Shown one piece after another: positions 26,252-39,704 of a stretch of DNA of 48,536 nucleotides. The translations under genes and the position numbers were made by a program. The notes beneath the pieces were generated by a model. It saw only the letters and a list, made by a program, of their open reading frames with translations, did no database searches and had not been told where the DNA came from. The stretch lies in contig JAUCBJ010007327.1 in assembly GCA_032718475.1 (NCBI GenBank), forward strand, positions 1-48,536, in the 5' to 3' direction. The stretch comes from Nemertoderma westbladi. Taxonomy: Eukaryota > Animalia > Xenacoelomorpha. Within the stretch, counting starts at the first letter, position 1; each line of letters opens with the position of its first letter.

Positions 26252-27837
26252 TCATAGGCTGGAGCCTGTAAGTAATATTTTTAAGGACGTTTTGGTGATA
26301 TTAGCAAGATAATGTAAAATCAAAAATATTTAGAATTAGTCCACCCCTTTTCGTTAGATTGACTTGTCTATATGAGACAAATGTGACTGCGGATAATAGC
26401 CACAAGTAGAAATAAACATCATGTTTTGCAACGCCATTCATACAAATTTATTACGCTTGAATATTAATTTTATTTTCGAACTAAAAGCTTTCCCCACACA
26501 GTATGTGTCCTACTCATTCACCAACTAAACATCACAAGCAAATTTTTGAAAAATATTATTGCAAGGATAAAACCTGGGACAATGGTAGAATAATGATGTG
26601 TGATTGGATAAAAGTTCATGTTATAGCTAATCCAATCACCATCCATCTCGTGGAAGAAATATCGAACCACCTACTTCCCTTCTCTTGAAAAATATGCATT
26701 ATAATTTTTCATGCTTTAAATAGGCATAATCAGGATTTACTTTATAACGGATTTGTTAATCATTTTTATAACAAACTTTATCTTGGTTATGTTGGAGTAT
26801 TGAATTACGGAGAAGAATATATCCTTTGGAAACAATATTGTTGTAAACAAACAACGCAATCCCTGTAAGAATTTATACAATCACTAATTCTTCTTCGTGG
26901 CATATCAAATTATTATATTACATAACATATATAACTAAAAATCTATAAGATTGCTCTGCTATTATACTTACTTATCTTACTATTACACTAGAGTATTTAT
27001 GGAGAATTCATAGACGGGAGTTAGAGTTAGTAAGCTCCTGCATTATTTATAATAGCCAAGAGAAAAAAAACCACCGCTGATTCGCGGTTTACGTTCACCG
27101 ATTTCAGATATTCAGACACTTACTTTTCAATATCTAAACTGAGTTCTCTAAATAAATCAAGTTCTTTAGAATTTGAAGCAAACTTTTCTACTTTAATGGT
27201 CTATTATGTACTTCATATTATAAATTTGGCGAAATTTCACCAAAAATATTAAACTTTTATAAAACAACATAATGTCATATACACCATACGAACGATCGCA
27301 TTGAGTGCAATTAAAACAACCAGGATAGAAGACTATAAAGTATATGTGACTGCCAATAAAAGACGGTCAAATGCAACTTTCGTTGAAAAAATATAATGTG
27401 CAATTTTATAATATTACAATTCAGAGAATCAAAGTATTAAAATTGTTTACAGTTTGCATCTAATAATAAATAATTTTATCACCCCAATCAAAAGTTATTT
27501 AACTTTAAGTCAGTTGTACCTATAAAGAAGGTAGCTAAATAAATTATTTATATAGTCTATTGTTTGTGAGAAAACCAATCATCAGTTAAGAGATTTTATG
27601 TTCACTCAAATATAATAAATTAATCTACCCAAACGAAAGTCACTATTATTGAGTGACTATTGTTGACTATTATTATTATGCAATGGCCATTATGCCTGAA
27701 TTAATTATTTATCTACTTTATATGAGGCAAATAATAAACTGTTAAACGATTTCAACTGACAGGTTCAGTTTATACAGTAAAATTACCTCTTAAATTGTAT
27801 TACATTTTTGGAATTGCTTAAATTTAATTACATGTGT

Positions 27838-27950
27838 TGAAAGAGCATCGAAGTAGAAAAGGTTTGCACGCAATTTGAGCAAAATCCATTGCCACACTCA
27901 AAATTTATTGCAACTTTAGTGGCTGCAAGGCGAACTCAAAACGGAACTTA
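27838..27950. repeat. Dispersed repeat shared with ~46872-46992
   Basis: gcatcgaagtagaaaaggtttgcac..aatttgagcaaaatccat..ttattgcaactttagtg..aaaacggaact present in both. Confidence 0.8.
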
Positions 27951-28186
27951 ATATCCATTATTGGTTTATTTAGTTATGCGGCTCTCTAGTTACTTAATAA
28001 ATATTCGAGAACACTAAATTATTTAAACATTGAGTAAGGCAGCATCAGGAGTTGAAGAGTACAATTATTTTGTCCTCCATATAATTCGCATTTCCTCGAA
28101 ATAGTAAAAGCATTTTTTTCCTGACAAAAAGTCGGACAAAAAAATGTTACTTCTATTTGTAAAATATATCGTTAATAATAAATAAT

Positions 28187-28652
28187 CATATGTGGCTGGC
28201 CACAAGAAAAGGGACCTTATGTTACCGGAGGTCGATTTTGAGTTATTAGGCCTATGAGATGCAGAATTTTACAGAGATTTTAACAAAAAAAACGGTGTCT
28301 CAATATCTATTTCCAAAAAAAAGTTATAGCGATTTATGTGAAGGTGATTCGGGTAGCTCTTTTCCTACCTACCCGTATTAGTACCTTTTATTAAAGTCCT
28401 AAATTCAGACATGAAAACACTAAAACAGTGTTATATACAACACTGCAACATCTTATATTGCTTCCTGTAATTAGTTCTTTCCTAGGTATCTTGAATATCA
28501 GAACCAATTTGAATTTCCCGCATCGTTTTATACATTTCTAACTTGATAATCCAATTAAATTTGTTCAAAAATAGAGGGAAACTTTAAACGCGATTATCTC
28601 AGAATCAGGTTTTGCGACATAAGGTCCCTTTTCTCGTGGCCAGCCACATATG
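28187..28652. mobile_element. MITE with ~35-bp TIRs, TA-flanked TGT...ACA ends
   Basis: tatgtggctggccacaagaaaagggaccttatgt ... acataaggtcccttttctcgtggccagccacata. Confidence 0.88.
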
Positions 28653-28937
28653 GGTAAAATTTGTGTTGTCTGCAGACGCAGTGAACTGAAAAGGGTAGAC
28701 TTAGGCCTACAGTATATTTCACGTTGTTTGAATTTACTTTATCTCACGCTCATGTTGTTTAACACGCCGAATTGAAAATGAAATATATATGTCTTTAATT
28801 ATTGTTATTTACTTTAGAAGCAGTGAGGAGCCCTGCAATAATTCTAGTCCTCCAATCTAACAATCATTAGCCCTCCACACCACATTGTTATTTATTAATC
28901 TTTTATTTGTTTAGGTTTTAAATTGATATCAAACACA

Positions 28938-31900
28938 ATGCAAAACCGATTAATTCTGCTTCTGATAATAATTGTCATTACATTTGTTGTAATTGCGGTC
29001 TCACATGGAGAAAGAGTAACCGGGGCTAAGAGCTACGCTGTCTCCAGATATTCAAGTATGGTAAGTACTACTCATTCAATTCGTTCTCCTGCTACTATCA
29101 GCTACTTCACTATAAAGCGATCACTGAGGGTTACAAAATACATGAGTGTGTGGAGCTGATCCATTGAATCCTCATAGACATGTACAGAAGAAAGTCCCAC
29201 AAAATAATGCGAACATATTGGTGTCAGTTCCCAAGAAGGGCAACCTCTACGGATCTTTTCGTGAAATCTTGTTGACTCATTGCGGCAAAGCTATACAATA
29301 GAATTCAATTGAATCACATCAGGTCCCGATAGAGACTGTTAGTTAAGCTGTGTTTCCTTATTCGTGTCCTTTATTCCACGTCCTTTTACTTAAATAATAT
29401 TCCAGAATAGAAACTCAAATACAGGAATGAATATTATATGTACCATGTAGCCCATTCTGGCGCTTAGAAGGATAATCAACAAAGAATTATCAACAAGGAA
29501 AAATAGACATCTGGTTGTTGCGTTTTTTACTTTTGTTAAGACATTCGAGTCAGTTTCCCGATAACTTCTGTATATCATACTTGCAGAAACTCCTTGTTGT
29601 TTTAATAACTGTCATGATACTTGCAGAATATCATGCTTCTACCGCTGATGGTGCCTCAGATCGTTGGAAGTTTTATAGATAGTCCTCTAGAGTGACATCC
29701 CGGTACTTGTACGATTCTTATTGATAATTGTAGTCGATTCTGTTCTAAGGATGTCCTTAGACAATAATACGTGTCACGGTAACCGGCCAGTTCTTAGAGT
29801 AAATGGGCGACCGATCACCGAGCGGGTGATACAGTTTGGGGGAAAACGTTGGGGAAAACTAGCTTTTTGTTTCTGCTTCCATGTATAATAAGATATAGCA
29901 TAGGTAATAAACAGTTACCATTAATAGCACAAGTCTGAATCCGATGTTATCGCACAAGGAACTCTGGGTCAATAATGAAACACAGTCAGTAAGAAACCTT
30001 AGTACAAAACCGTTAAACCAAAGCGGCCTTTTGGGGTTTGAGATGCCCGTGTTCTGAAGTATAAATTGTTATAACAATGGTATTAGCTACTAGAGATGCT
30101 AATGCATTCTGCCCTGACCAATGGGGTGTAAGGGCAGCTGTTCTACTATTGGCTAGTGCCAATTGATTAATCGGTTAGTTGTCTTAATCTTAATTAATAT
30201 CTCTCTCACTCTATATATTGGTGGCGGTATAATGTTAGGATACCGTTACAATGAACTGTACCAATAAATAATATACACCAAACATTAGCTTAACATTAAT
30301 TAATATACGGTATATTGCGCGGTCATGTGACATCCAATTTGGCCCTCTTGGCAAGGCTCCCTGGTTGTAAGTTGACCTTTGGGGTCCTTACAACCCGGGG
30401 TGCTCATTGTTTCCCATTTTAGTTAATAACTGTTTGAGGTGACATATTGATGTTTTGGGCGTCGAAGTGCCTCAGGGATCGCTCCCATAACAATAACGTA
30501 AGATAATCTTTAATGTCTAGGGCAATATCGCCCCCAGCCACTATGCGACTTATTAGACAAATATTTACAATAATATGTACTGGCGCAGTGGCGGCACGGC
30601 TAATGTCGCGTTACGGAAAGTCGCGTTACGGCTAATTTTCAGAGTAGCCGTAACGCGACTTTGAAAGTCGCGCACCGGCTACTCAAAAAGTCGCGTTACG
30701 GCTAATCTATTGTCTTGGTTCTACATAGGGAATCATTATCAATATTATTCTAAGGTGTTTACGTACAGATGAGAAAGGTTTGTACAATTGAATGTAATAA
30801 TGTTTTACAGCATGGGAGTATCCAGGGGCGGGGGGGGGGGGGGGGGGGGCATTTTAACTAAAAAAACGTAATTTATTAATTATTGTATTATTATTGCTGT
30901 ATTGAGTACCGCAGTACACAGTACCACAGGTATATTGGTCGAAAGTATAATCAGTATTTTGCCGAAATATTGGACTTTGAATTTATCATTATATTAATCA
31001 AATCAAAAATATCTAAAACTAAAGCTTTTGAATTAGCCAGTTATGCCCCGCGTATGGCATTTGGTTCGGTGGTGGGGTGGGTTGGAATGGTTCGGGGGTG
31101 GGTTGGGAAGAAATGGTTCGGCCGTGGAGGGGTGGATCGGGTGTGGGTTGGGAAGAAATGGTTCGGCCGCGAAGGGGTGGTTCGGGGGTGGGTTGGGAAG
31201 CAATGGTTCGGCCGTGAAGGGGTGGTTCGGGGGTGGGTTGGGAAGGTTCAGCCGGGGAGGGGTGGTTCAATATACCAACATGCCAGTCGGGATCACCACC
31301 CCCTCCCAATGCAGCTGGACTTTTAACTGGGTGATCGGCGGCCGGAAGGACGGCCATTGTCTGGTGGTCAGTCCCCAAACAGAAGTCCATATGGTCTAGG
31401 TAGCGAGCCAGGCGTTGGTTAACAACATCGATATGAAGTAGTGGAATATGTTCCACAAAACCATTCATTGCTTCTTTGGCTGCTATTATTGACTGTAATC
31501 GGTATCTGTGGCTGTGACTAAGAATACCATATTATATTGAATGTGAGGTTGTCGAAGAACATACAGTATGAAAGACGGTAAGCACTTGAGAACTTAATCT
31601 GCTCACTCTTCATTAAATATTTGAACCTATCTGGGTATGGAATATTCTGTTCACCTACCAGCAATTCACATCCTGTTAAAACCGGGCATTCAACCGGGTT
31701 ATCAGAGCCACCTGAAGGATAAAACATCTAAACTGATGTCAACCGCTGTAAACAGACGTTTTGATACAAAAATCGTTCATTTTGGACATTGACCTCACGT
31801 TTAAATTTTCCAAAACATGGTATGTGTTTTCAGAACCACAAGCTGGTACATATTGTAAAACTCAAAACTTTCCAGAAATATCTAGTTACCATGGCAACTG

Positions 31901-33473
31901 AAGTGTACTAAAGTTTACATCATTCAAGTCTATATTCTTAACTCTATTTGTAACAAAACCGCAATACAGTAGATATAAACACCTTGAGTTTTTCAACTCA
32001 ATGATGAAGACAATAGTCGAGCCGATTGAGGTAAATTAGAATATCCAGTTACCAGTGCAACCAGGCTAAACAGATGTTCAAATTTATAAAAGGATAATTT
32101 GAAGCACAAGGTTAAGGTTTTATGACTTTGGACCAACCCCTGGTGTTTTCTGTTTCACACTCACCAAAACTTTATTATAGATTTCATATTCTGGCACAAT
32201 TAAAAAGCTATCTAGTTGCCTCCAAATCCTGAATCTCGGTATATTTTTGTTGTGATTGGTTATCAAATGGCCAAATATAGACTTATAAAAGCCATGAAAT
32301 ATCTATGCCACTTCTGCCAAAATCCATGTACAATTATTTCGTATTATTTCATTCTATTTGATATGAATTTGGGATCTGTTCACTCACAAGGTGGCACATG
32401 AAATTTTAACAATCACCTACCATTTCCTCTACATCACAGTTTGAGTCAATGACGGATATATGACACGATCTATTGTCTGACACCCTACATACCGCACCGT
32501 CATACATTCTAATGTGAGAATATATTTTTTGTCCATTCTGATTTAAGTTCACTATTCATCAATGAAATTGAAACGTATTATAATTTTAATATCAGGGTAT
32601 CAGATCCAGGGGGCAAACGTGGGAGTTTAAAAAACAGTTTAGACCGTCAGAAACGCCTAAAAATGTTCGTTTGGTTCGCTCACTGAATTTTTTTGCCACC
32701 TGTGGGGGTGGGGGTGGTGGGGGGGGCATATTTGGCCCTGGGCACCACTTTAGCTCAGCACGCCACTGTAGTCCAACGCATTCAGAATCGAAGGGAGGTA
32801 CTCGCGGAACCTGACAATCTAACAATCAGACTTGGCTAGTCAGTTAGCAGATTGCTGCCATTAATGCCGCCGATAAAAGTAGGAAATCTGCTGCAGCATG
32901 GAAAGTTAATCTTATCACTGGAAGAAAGAGCCAACTAACTGCCAAGGTAACTGCGGAATTCTGTCAGCGTGGTTAATTTGTTTATTTCGAAACTAAATAA
33001 AAAACCACGCAATACACGCTGTCGTATAATGTCCTAGATAGTGTCTTAATTCAGATATTATTCAGGCCGTAATGAGATCCGCGTAAAATTTGAAACAGAG
33101 TTAGTTAGTTTGTTACATTCTCATAGTGGGTGAGATTTTTATTGTTGATTTCATTATTTTAGTTACAATGCGTTGAAAAAGGTGTGCCCGTACTAGTCGT
33201 ACTACACTCGTCGTACTCATGTAATTCTTTAGCCTTATATCGGTTCAATAGTATCGATAGAAAGTGGTCCGGATACGAGTTGTCGTGTAAATTATTATTT
33301 AATTTATTTTTTAGAGAACATGTGCAATTGGTGAGACTTGCAAAAAGGCACACAAAACCAAATTCAGCTGCAGATGTTCATACAATTGTGTTGGAATTGG
33401 AAAATATTACGATGCAAAATGCAGTTTCAACAAAATCGGATACAATTGGATGCAGCCAAAAAGACTATATTGA
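28938..33473 (+). CDS. Putative 93-aa secreted 6-cysteine peptide precursor (exons 28938-29060 and 33315-33473)
   Basis: Signal-peptide exon ends ATG|gtaagt (phase 0); the second exon follows ttttttag| and in phase 0 reads RTCAIGETCKKAHKTKFSCRCSYNCVGIGKYYDAKCSFNKIGYNWMQPKRLY*. Confidence 0.65.
29772..30250. mobile_element. Possible solo LTR
   Basis: TGTCACGGTA ... TACCGTTACA inverted ends (9/10), internal CCAAT/TATA/AATAAA motifs; no TSD seen. Confidence 0.3.
30595..30706. repeat. Cluster of direct and inverted gtcgcgttacggcta motifs (subterminal-repeat-like)
   Basis: Four direct copies (one degenerate) and one inverted copy (tagccgtaacgcgact). Confidence 0.7.
31060..31270. repeat. G-rich 45-bp tandem repeat (~4 units)
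   Basis: ggggtggttcgggggtgggttgggaagaaatggttcggccgtgaa-type units. Confidence 0.9.
32830..32960 (+). mobile_element. Short RTE-like ORF fragment (APE-RT linker)
   Basis: QIAAINAADKSRKSAAAWKVNLITGRK resembles the AW..IN..SGRK segment of RTE ORFs. Confidence 0.4.
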
Positions 33474-35159
33474 CGACGCCGAGTATCGTTAATCGCAACG
33501 AAACTAAGTAAAAAAGATTTTAGGCAGAGAAACTCAAACAGTTTATATTAATTTTATCTTACCGACTTACTGGTATGGTAAGTTTATGTATAAAAATTGT
33601 AAACCAAAAATTATAAGCCAACCGTGGAAAATAATTTATTAATGTCATTAAATTTTGCAAATGATACTCATATCTTTCTCCAATAACTTTTGTTATTCAT
33701 CAATTTGCCTAGTGATATTAATCCAGTATTATTCTAGCACTATATTTAATATGCTAACATTGTAGCAAGCCATATAATTTAACATTGCATAGATAGAGCC
33801 TGAAGCTATGTGAAGATACTTGTGAAACCTTGACTTTAGTGAGGCTTGTACGAGTATCTAAAATAGCATCTAGAAATCGGTGAAGCATGAACGCCACACT
33901 CATACGACACTCACACGCTCATATCTGCAATAATCCATAAAATCAATATATTTACGAAAGGACATCCAATTGAAATACATCACTATGATGCAGTGAAATA
34001 CATCACTATGATTCAGTCTTATTAACAATTATTTTCTAAGACCCAAAAAAATGATATTTACATATTTAAATGATTAATAGTAAGTATATAACATAATAGG
34101 GTAGTATAAGTATTCTATATATAATCCTTATCAGATACTAGTACAAATAAAGTGGACCCACGCGCCAGGAAAAAGCATACATTAGTGCAGTGTGTTTGAA
34201 AAAAAAAGAGAGGAAAGGGAAGCAATATGTTAAGTGTGTGCAAATAAAGGCGGAAATGTGTGAGGGTGCGACCTGCCAGAGCTATGCTTTAAGCTGTCTT
34301 ATCACATTCTTTTGAATAAACCAATGAAAATAGATAACCGTGTTGCCGAACGCATCATTTAGCCTATTCCATTGTGTTGCTGTCATTTGAGCTGCCTTCA
34401 TCAAGAATGTCAACGGAATTCAATTGTGATAACAAACTTGATAATGAATATTTCTGAATTTTAACAACTGACCAAACTCTATACTTAATATTTCCGTACT
34501 TGTCGAATGTCGATGTGTCATTATTCCCTTTAATGTTTTGAATAATAATGAAATGGTAGTCCTATCAACAAAGTAGCAGCAAGACCTGAAATAGTCGTTT
34601 AAGAATATGCCCAAATACAACACCAACCTAAAATGTTACCAAGCAAAGTCAAGTGTTTAAAGAGCATGCAGCACATATTCCACTTGCACTGGTATCTATC
34701 TATGTTGACGCTTGCACATCTTATTTTGGAATTATCACTAACTCGCTCCTATTCCAAGTATGACCACCCATCGTACTAAATGGGTTCGGACAATCTGACA
34801 TCAATAATTTTATTCGAAACTAATACTGGTATTAATTATATTGCATATCAAAGTAACAAATAAAATTATATCATGGATAATAATACAAATAATTTCAAAT
34901 AAACAACTCGGTGATGAGATAAATATACATGTTAAACATTGATCATAACTTTGGGTCTAATCACCCGAGAGTTATCTGAAAGATCCTGACTAATTCCATT
35001 CATCTGTGTTGTGATGCGCCTACGTGATCACTACATATTCGTCCTTCTGCATGTTGCATGATGTTGATCCAATAACTGCATGCATATTGTAAGTAGTTCT
35101 AGTATTCTTACCTTGGCCATAATAAGGTGGTAATGACTGGAGAAGGGTCAAAGTGTAGA

Positions 35160-35415
35160 TTGGTGCTCTTGTAAACCCACTGTGCTAAGACTATAGGCAA
35201 ATACAACACCATGGTTTGCCATTCCATAGTGCGGTGTTGCAGTTGATTCAGATATGGGCCTATTACCCATGCCTACTCTGACGCACATGACCCACAATTA
35301 TTGGCTATGTAGCTCATCTGCTGCCGCCATATGCCCTTGCACCCTGCTGGCAGGTGCAGGTCGCAATGAGGTGCACTCAAATTGGAGATGAGAGCACTCT
35401 ACTCTTGACCAGACA
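35160..35415 (-). mobile_element. Remnant of the same RTE family 5' region as 7670-7915, joined to the APE start
   Basis: Shared cctactctgacgcacatgacccac..agctcatctgctg..caggtgcaggtcgca; then LSTVGLQEH, matching LSAVGIQEH near 7250. Confidence 0.75.
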
Positions 35416-36039
35416 TCACTATTTGCTATAAATATTATATCATCATACATTACAATATAAACATTTTCAGCAACCAATATCAAAACTACTTAAACAATTA
35501 ATTATTTGCCAAGTGTACTAGAGATCATTTATAAAGATCGCAAAAAGAAAACAGAATTGACCCACTGTAGTGTTTCAAATAAATATAGTTTTACATATAT
35601 AAAATAAATAAACAGTTGGGCTGGAGCCTGGAGTGCTGTAAGACCATCCAAGTATCAATGATGTGATCAGTTTTTCAAAAAATGAAATTCCTTTACTTTA
35701 ATTCCTATTCCTTTCCATTGGTAAAATTGGGGTTCTCTTTAACTTACCTCCTTCTATATGGCATCATGTTAAATCGAAATAGATTTAACTTTACTAACTT
35801 TATCTAAAAGTATATCAGATGTATATTATCTTTTGTTGTATTACTTGTATTGTTGTAATGGGGCCAGTCCATCAGCATTCAATTCACTTGCAGCAGACAA
35901 TATACTAGTCCTAATACCAGTTTGGCTGGACTCGGAGTGCACTGGAGATTACTAAACACTTAAAGGAAAACATTTTTTATATACATCTAAAAGGCATCCA
36001 AAAGTTCATCAATAGGGTGAGTAAAACTGGTACTGATAC

Positions 36040-36910
36040 TTGGAAATTGGAAAGGCAGAGGTCATAAACCATTTGTTTGTTGGAGATGCATTCAAAGTAG
36101 TAGATGGCGCCATAGAAACTTCCAATGGGGAAATTACAGCTTGGCCTTGAGGCAACTTTTGAAAGACAAGTTAGATGTCAGTCACGTATTCCCTGGGCTA
36201 CCATTAAAATAATTCGAATAAAGTTAGAATGGGTGGCAGTGAATGCCAAATACTGCCAATAGTCCGAGACGTTTACAAAAAGAAACGACTCCTCTTCACA
36301 CAAAACTTGTTGAACAAATGGAATATTGTGGAAAACATATTCTTCACAGATGAGTGTTGTGCCAAACTGGACAACTGTCGAAAGAGGTTTTACTTAAAAA
36401 GGGATGATGCCTTTATGAGATTACATTCAAAGGCCAACTATCCTGTAAAGGTTCATATTTATGGTGGAATAAGTTGGAGAGGAAGGTCAAATCTAATTAT
36501 TTTAGACGGAAAGACCCGAATTGACAGTAATATTTATTGTCCAATACTTGAACAGGTAATTGTGCCATTTACTTTGGAAAGGTATTCTCATGGGTACACA
36601 TTACAAGCAGATTCCGCATTGTGTCACACCAGCCAACCATGAAGTTCAGTTCTCCGAGGGGGATAAGTTACAGTTTTGGCCACCAGATTCACCTGATCTA
36701 AACCCCATTGAGTTGGTTTGGCATGATTTGAAAGAATATCTACGAAACGTGGCACAACCTCATGGCAAGGATGAACTCAAACTATGCATCATTACTTTTT
36801 GGAACTCTAGGTTATCAGTCGATAAGTGTAGGAAATATACTAGTAATATTCGCAAAGTTATCCATCATGTGTTTGAAAACAATGGAGAGCCTACTTTGTA
36901 CTTGATTTAA
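36040..36910 (+). mobile_element. Degenerate Tc1/mariner transposase
   Basis: FFTDE, VHIYGGIS, LQADSA.CHTS (degenerate QDNA.H) and WPPDSPDLNPIE.VW, split by frameshifts. Confidence 0.88.
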
Positions 36911-36942
36911 ATAATTGGGAAGGATACTGGTACCGGTACTAC

Positions 36943-39690
36943 ATGACTACTGAGATACTCCAGAGCATACCGGTAACAACTGCAGGACAGGCCCACTGCT
37001 GGCTACCTGCATGCATAGTTCATACTGTCAACCCACCTTACAGCCCTATGCTTTACAACAAAGTTGAAGACAACCTTTTTCGGAACCTCGATTTACTGTA
37101 TATCACTGACCTATTTACAATGCCACCCAAAGGACAAACAGATGGACTGAACAAACTGTCGTTCATTGAGGAAAAATTTAGCATCCTAGAGAATGACCTC
37201 ACTGCGATTAAATCACGGCTTGATGGTGTCTTACAAGAAAATGTCACCTTGCATAAAGAGAATGCCTCCTTGCATGACACAATCAACGACCAGGCATTGT
37301 CGATCAACAACCTCAACCAGTACATTCAACGGAACAGTGTCCGCATCCATGGGATTCTGGAAGGCTCCATCATCCACAACAGAGAGAGCATCTTTCGTAT
37401 TTTGAGTTCACTCAAAATTAATACAAACAGCGTCGATGTTCTACATTGCTTGGGGAAACCTTCAGGACGTGGGAGCGCACCTCGAGAAAAACCTAGACCC
37501 AGAGTAGTTTGGTTCTTCGGCCACTCTTACCGGCACATATTATTCTCTAACTACAAGGACTTCCCGATGGAAGTATATGCAACTGACCATTTAACGGCAA
37601 GAAGGATGAAGCTGCTCCGCGAAGCTCAGTTTCTAAAGAAAACAGCTAGGCCTACAGGCGGGAGTGATCCGGATTCGGAAAGCTACCAGTACCAGACGCA
37701 GCACACACACAGATCAAGACCAACTACGACCGATTCCATCAACCATAATAACTCCTCCGTTGGTGTCAGCTCACCTCAACAGGGGTCTCCCAACAATAAG
37801 TTTAGTTGCTTAGTTACGGATGAAGATAATAGCGATATTGAACAAATTATTCCTAGGTGGGTTGTCTAGTACGATGCCCTGGCAGTGCTGGTGTTACTGG
37901 TAGTGCCTCAGCATCTAGAAATAAATATTCATATACTCTTACACAATATGTCATAATATTTACACAGTTACATATAGTTACACAATATTTTTTTTTTCAC
38001 TTTACAGAAAATCGCTAAAAGTGTACGTTTTATGTACAATAAAAGTGTACATTGTACGTTACATATGTTATTTCATGAAAGATATTTGTTACATACAGTA
38101 TAAGCGATTAAGTGAACGCTTGTTTTAAAGATATTTGTTACATACAGTATACCGGTAAGCGATTAAGTGAATGCTTGTTTTAAAGATATTTGTTACATAC
38201 AGTATAAGCGATTAAGTGTACGTTTAATGTGTATAAGTTTTATTGTTTCTGTTCTCTTTTTGAGACATAATTTACTAAGTTGAGTGTAAATGGAAACTAC
38301 TGTCTGTTTGAACGGTAAACCGGTTTCCTAAACATGTTCCTAATAACTGGTGGTGGTTGTTATTGGTACCTTTGGCAACTTAGTTTGAGGTGACACTCTA
38401 CTAGGATTGTCTAACCTTACTCTATTCACACTTGCTACCTCTCTCTCCCCCTGTCCATTTATCCTCCCATTCCTATATAATTCACCCTCCCTATCTTGTC
38501 ACTTCTGCTACTCTCATATTTCACCTTCTGATCATTGGCTGAAATGTACAATCTGTACGAATAATTTTCATAGACAATGCGGCACTCATCAACCAGCTGG
38601 GGAGCCAGCTGGGGAGCCACCGGATCGTGTCCTACACACTTACTGCCTATTTTGTACAGTATGGCAGATATTTTATATTATATGGCAAATATTAAATATT
38701 CGTAGTTTAAATAAAAACCTATCATCCATAACCGATTTATTTTTGTCACTAAATACTGAATTTACCATCATAGACTCCTTAAATAATAGCGGAAAAAATC
38801 ACGTTTTAATAACTGGCAATTTTAGCATTGACCTTCTTAATTACTAATCAGTACATAGATATACTAAATTCGAATGGCTTCATTCAATTAATTAAGGAAC
38901 CTACTTGTATTACAGAATGGTCCAAATCTCTAATTGACCACATATTTACTAACATTACGTCCAAATTTACTAATTCCGGTACATTCAATTTTAAGGTAGA
39001 CAGCACAGACCACTATCCAACTTTTACAATTTTTGAAAACTTCTCGAACCACTTCACCCATATAAAGAATAAAAGTGTATTTAATTTTTCTTAATTTAAT
39101 GAGACTCTGTTTAAAAATGATATTGCACAACGAACCTGGTCCTACAACGATCTGTCAATACCAAAAGAAAAAAAATTTATAATTTTTATGAAGAACTAGC
39201 AAAAAAGTGTCATCATCATGTACCGACGAAAATAATTTCCCCAAAGAAAGTACCCAAGAAACCTTGGATGACTGAAAATTTAATAAATTGTACTCTAAAA
39301 AAGAATAAATGATTTCGGAAATACAGAAAACATTCAACAGAGGAAAACTCAAGGTTATTTACTACCTACAGAAATAATTGTAATTGTAAAACAAATTATC
39401 TACTCATCTAAGTTATCTAATAAACATGTCAATATCACAAGGCGTTTTTCCAGACAGTCTAAAACTAGCTAAATTAATCCCACTACATAAAGGTGACGAC
39501 CCCACTGAAGCAACTAACTATAGGCCAATCTCCCTTTTGCCAGTGCTCTCCAAAATTTTTGAAAAAATTATAAATACGCAACTCCAGTCTTACCTTTCCA
39601 AATACAAATTAATAACAAAATCCCAGTTCGGCTTTAGATGTAAAACTTTGACCTCAGACGCATTAACTTGGATATTGACTGACTTGGACT
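36943..39690 (+). mobile_element. Degenerate CR1/L2-group LINE (ORF1, PHD-like finger, APE, start of RT), 3'-truncated
   Basis: ORF1 coiled coil + QRNSVRIHGI; CHFC..CTIC...FHRQC; LNIRSL, ITGNF, SLIDHIFTN, TDHYP; GVFPDSLKLAK, NYRPISLLPVLSKIFEK, QFGFR. Confidence 0.85.
38078..38218. repeat. 49-bp tandem repeat (~3 units); the middle unit has a 6-bp insertion
   Basis: aaagatatttgttacatacagtata[ccggta]agcgattaagtg. Confidence 0.92.
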
Positions 39691-39704
39691 TGGACTAACT
39701 GTCC

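Noticed and set aside
29200-29750. Degenerate ABCG-like membrane-domain remnant on the minus strand (PEWATW..YSFLY)
   Set aside because: Only a few residues resemble the family and all frames are broken; unsupported without a search
33184-33492. 102-aa ORF from the track as the real coding frame
   Set aside because: It reads through an intron-like T-rich acceptor and has no recognisable motif; the alternative frame gives a coherent 6-Cys peptide
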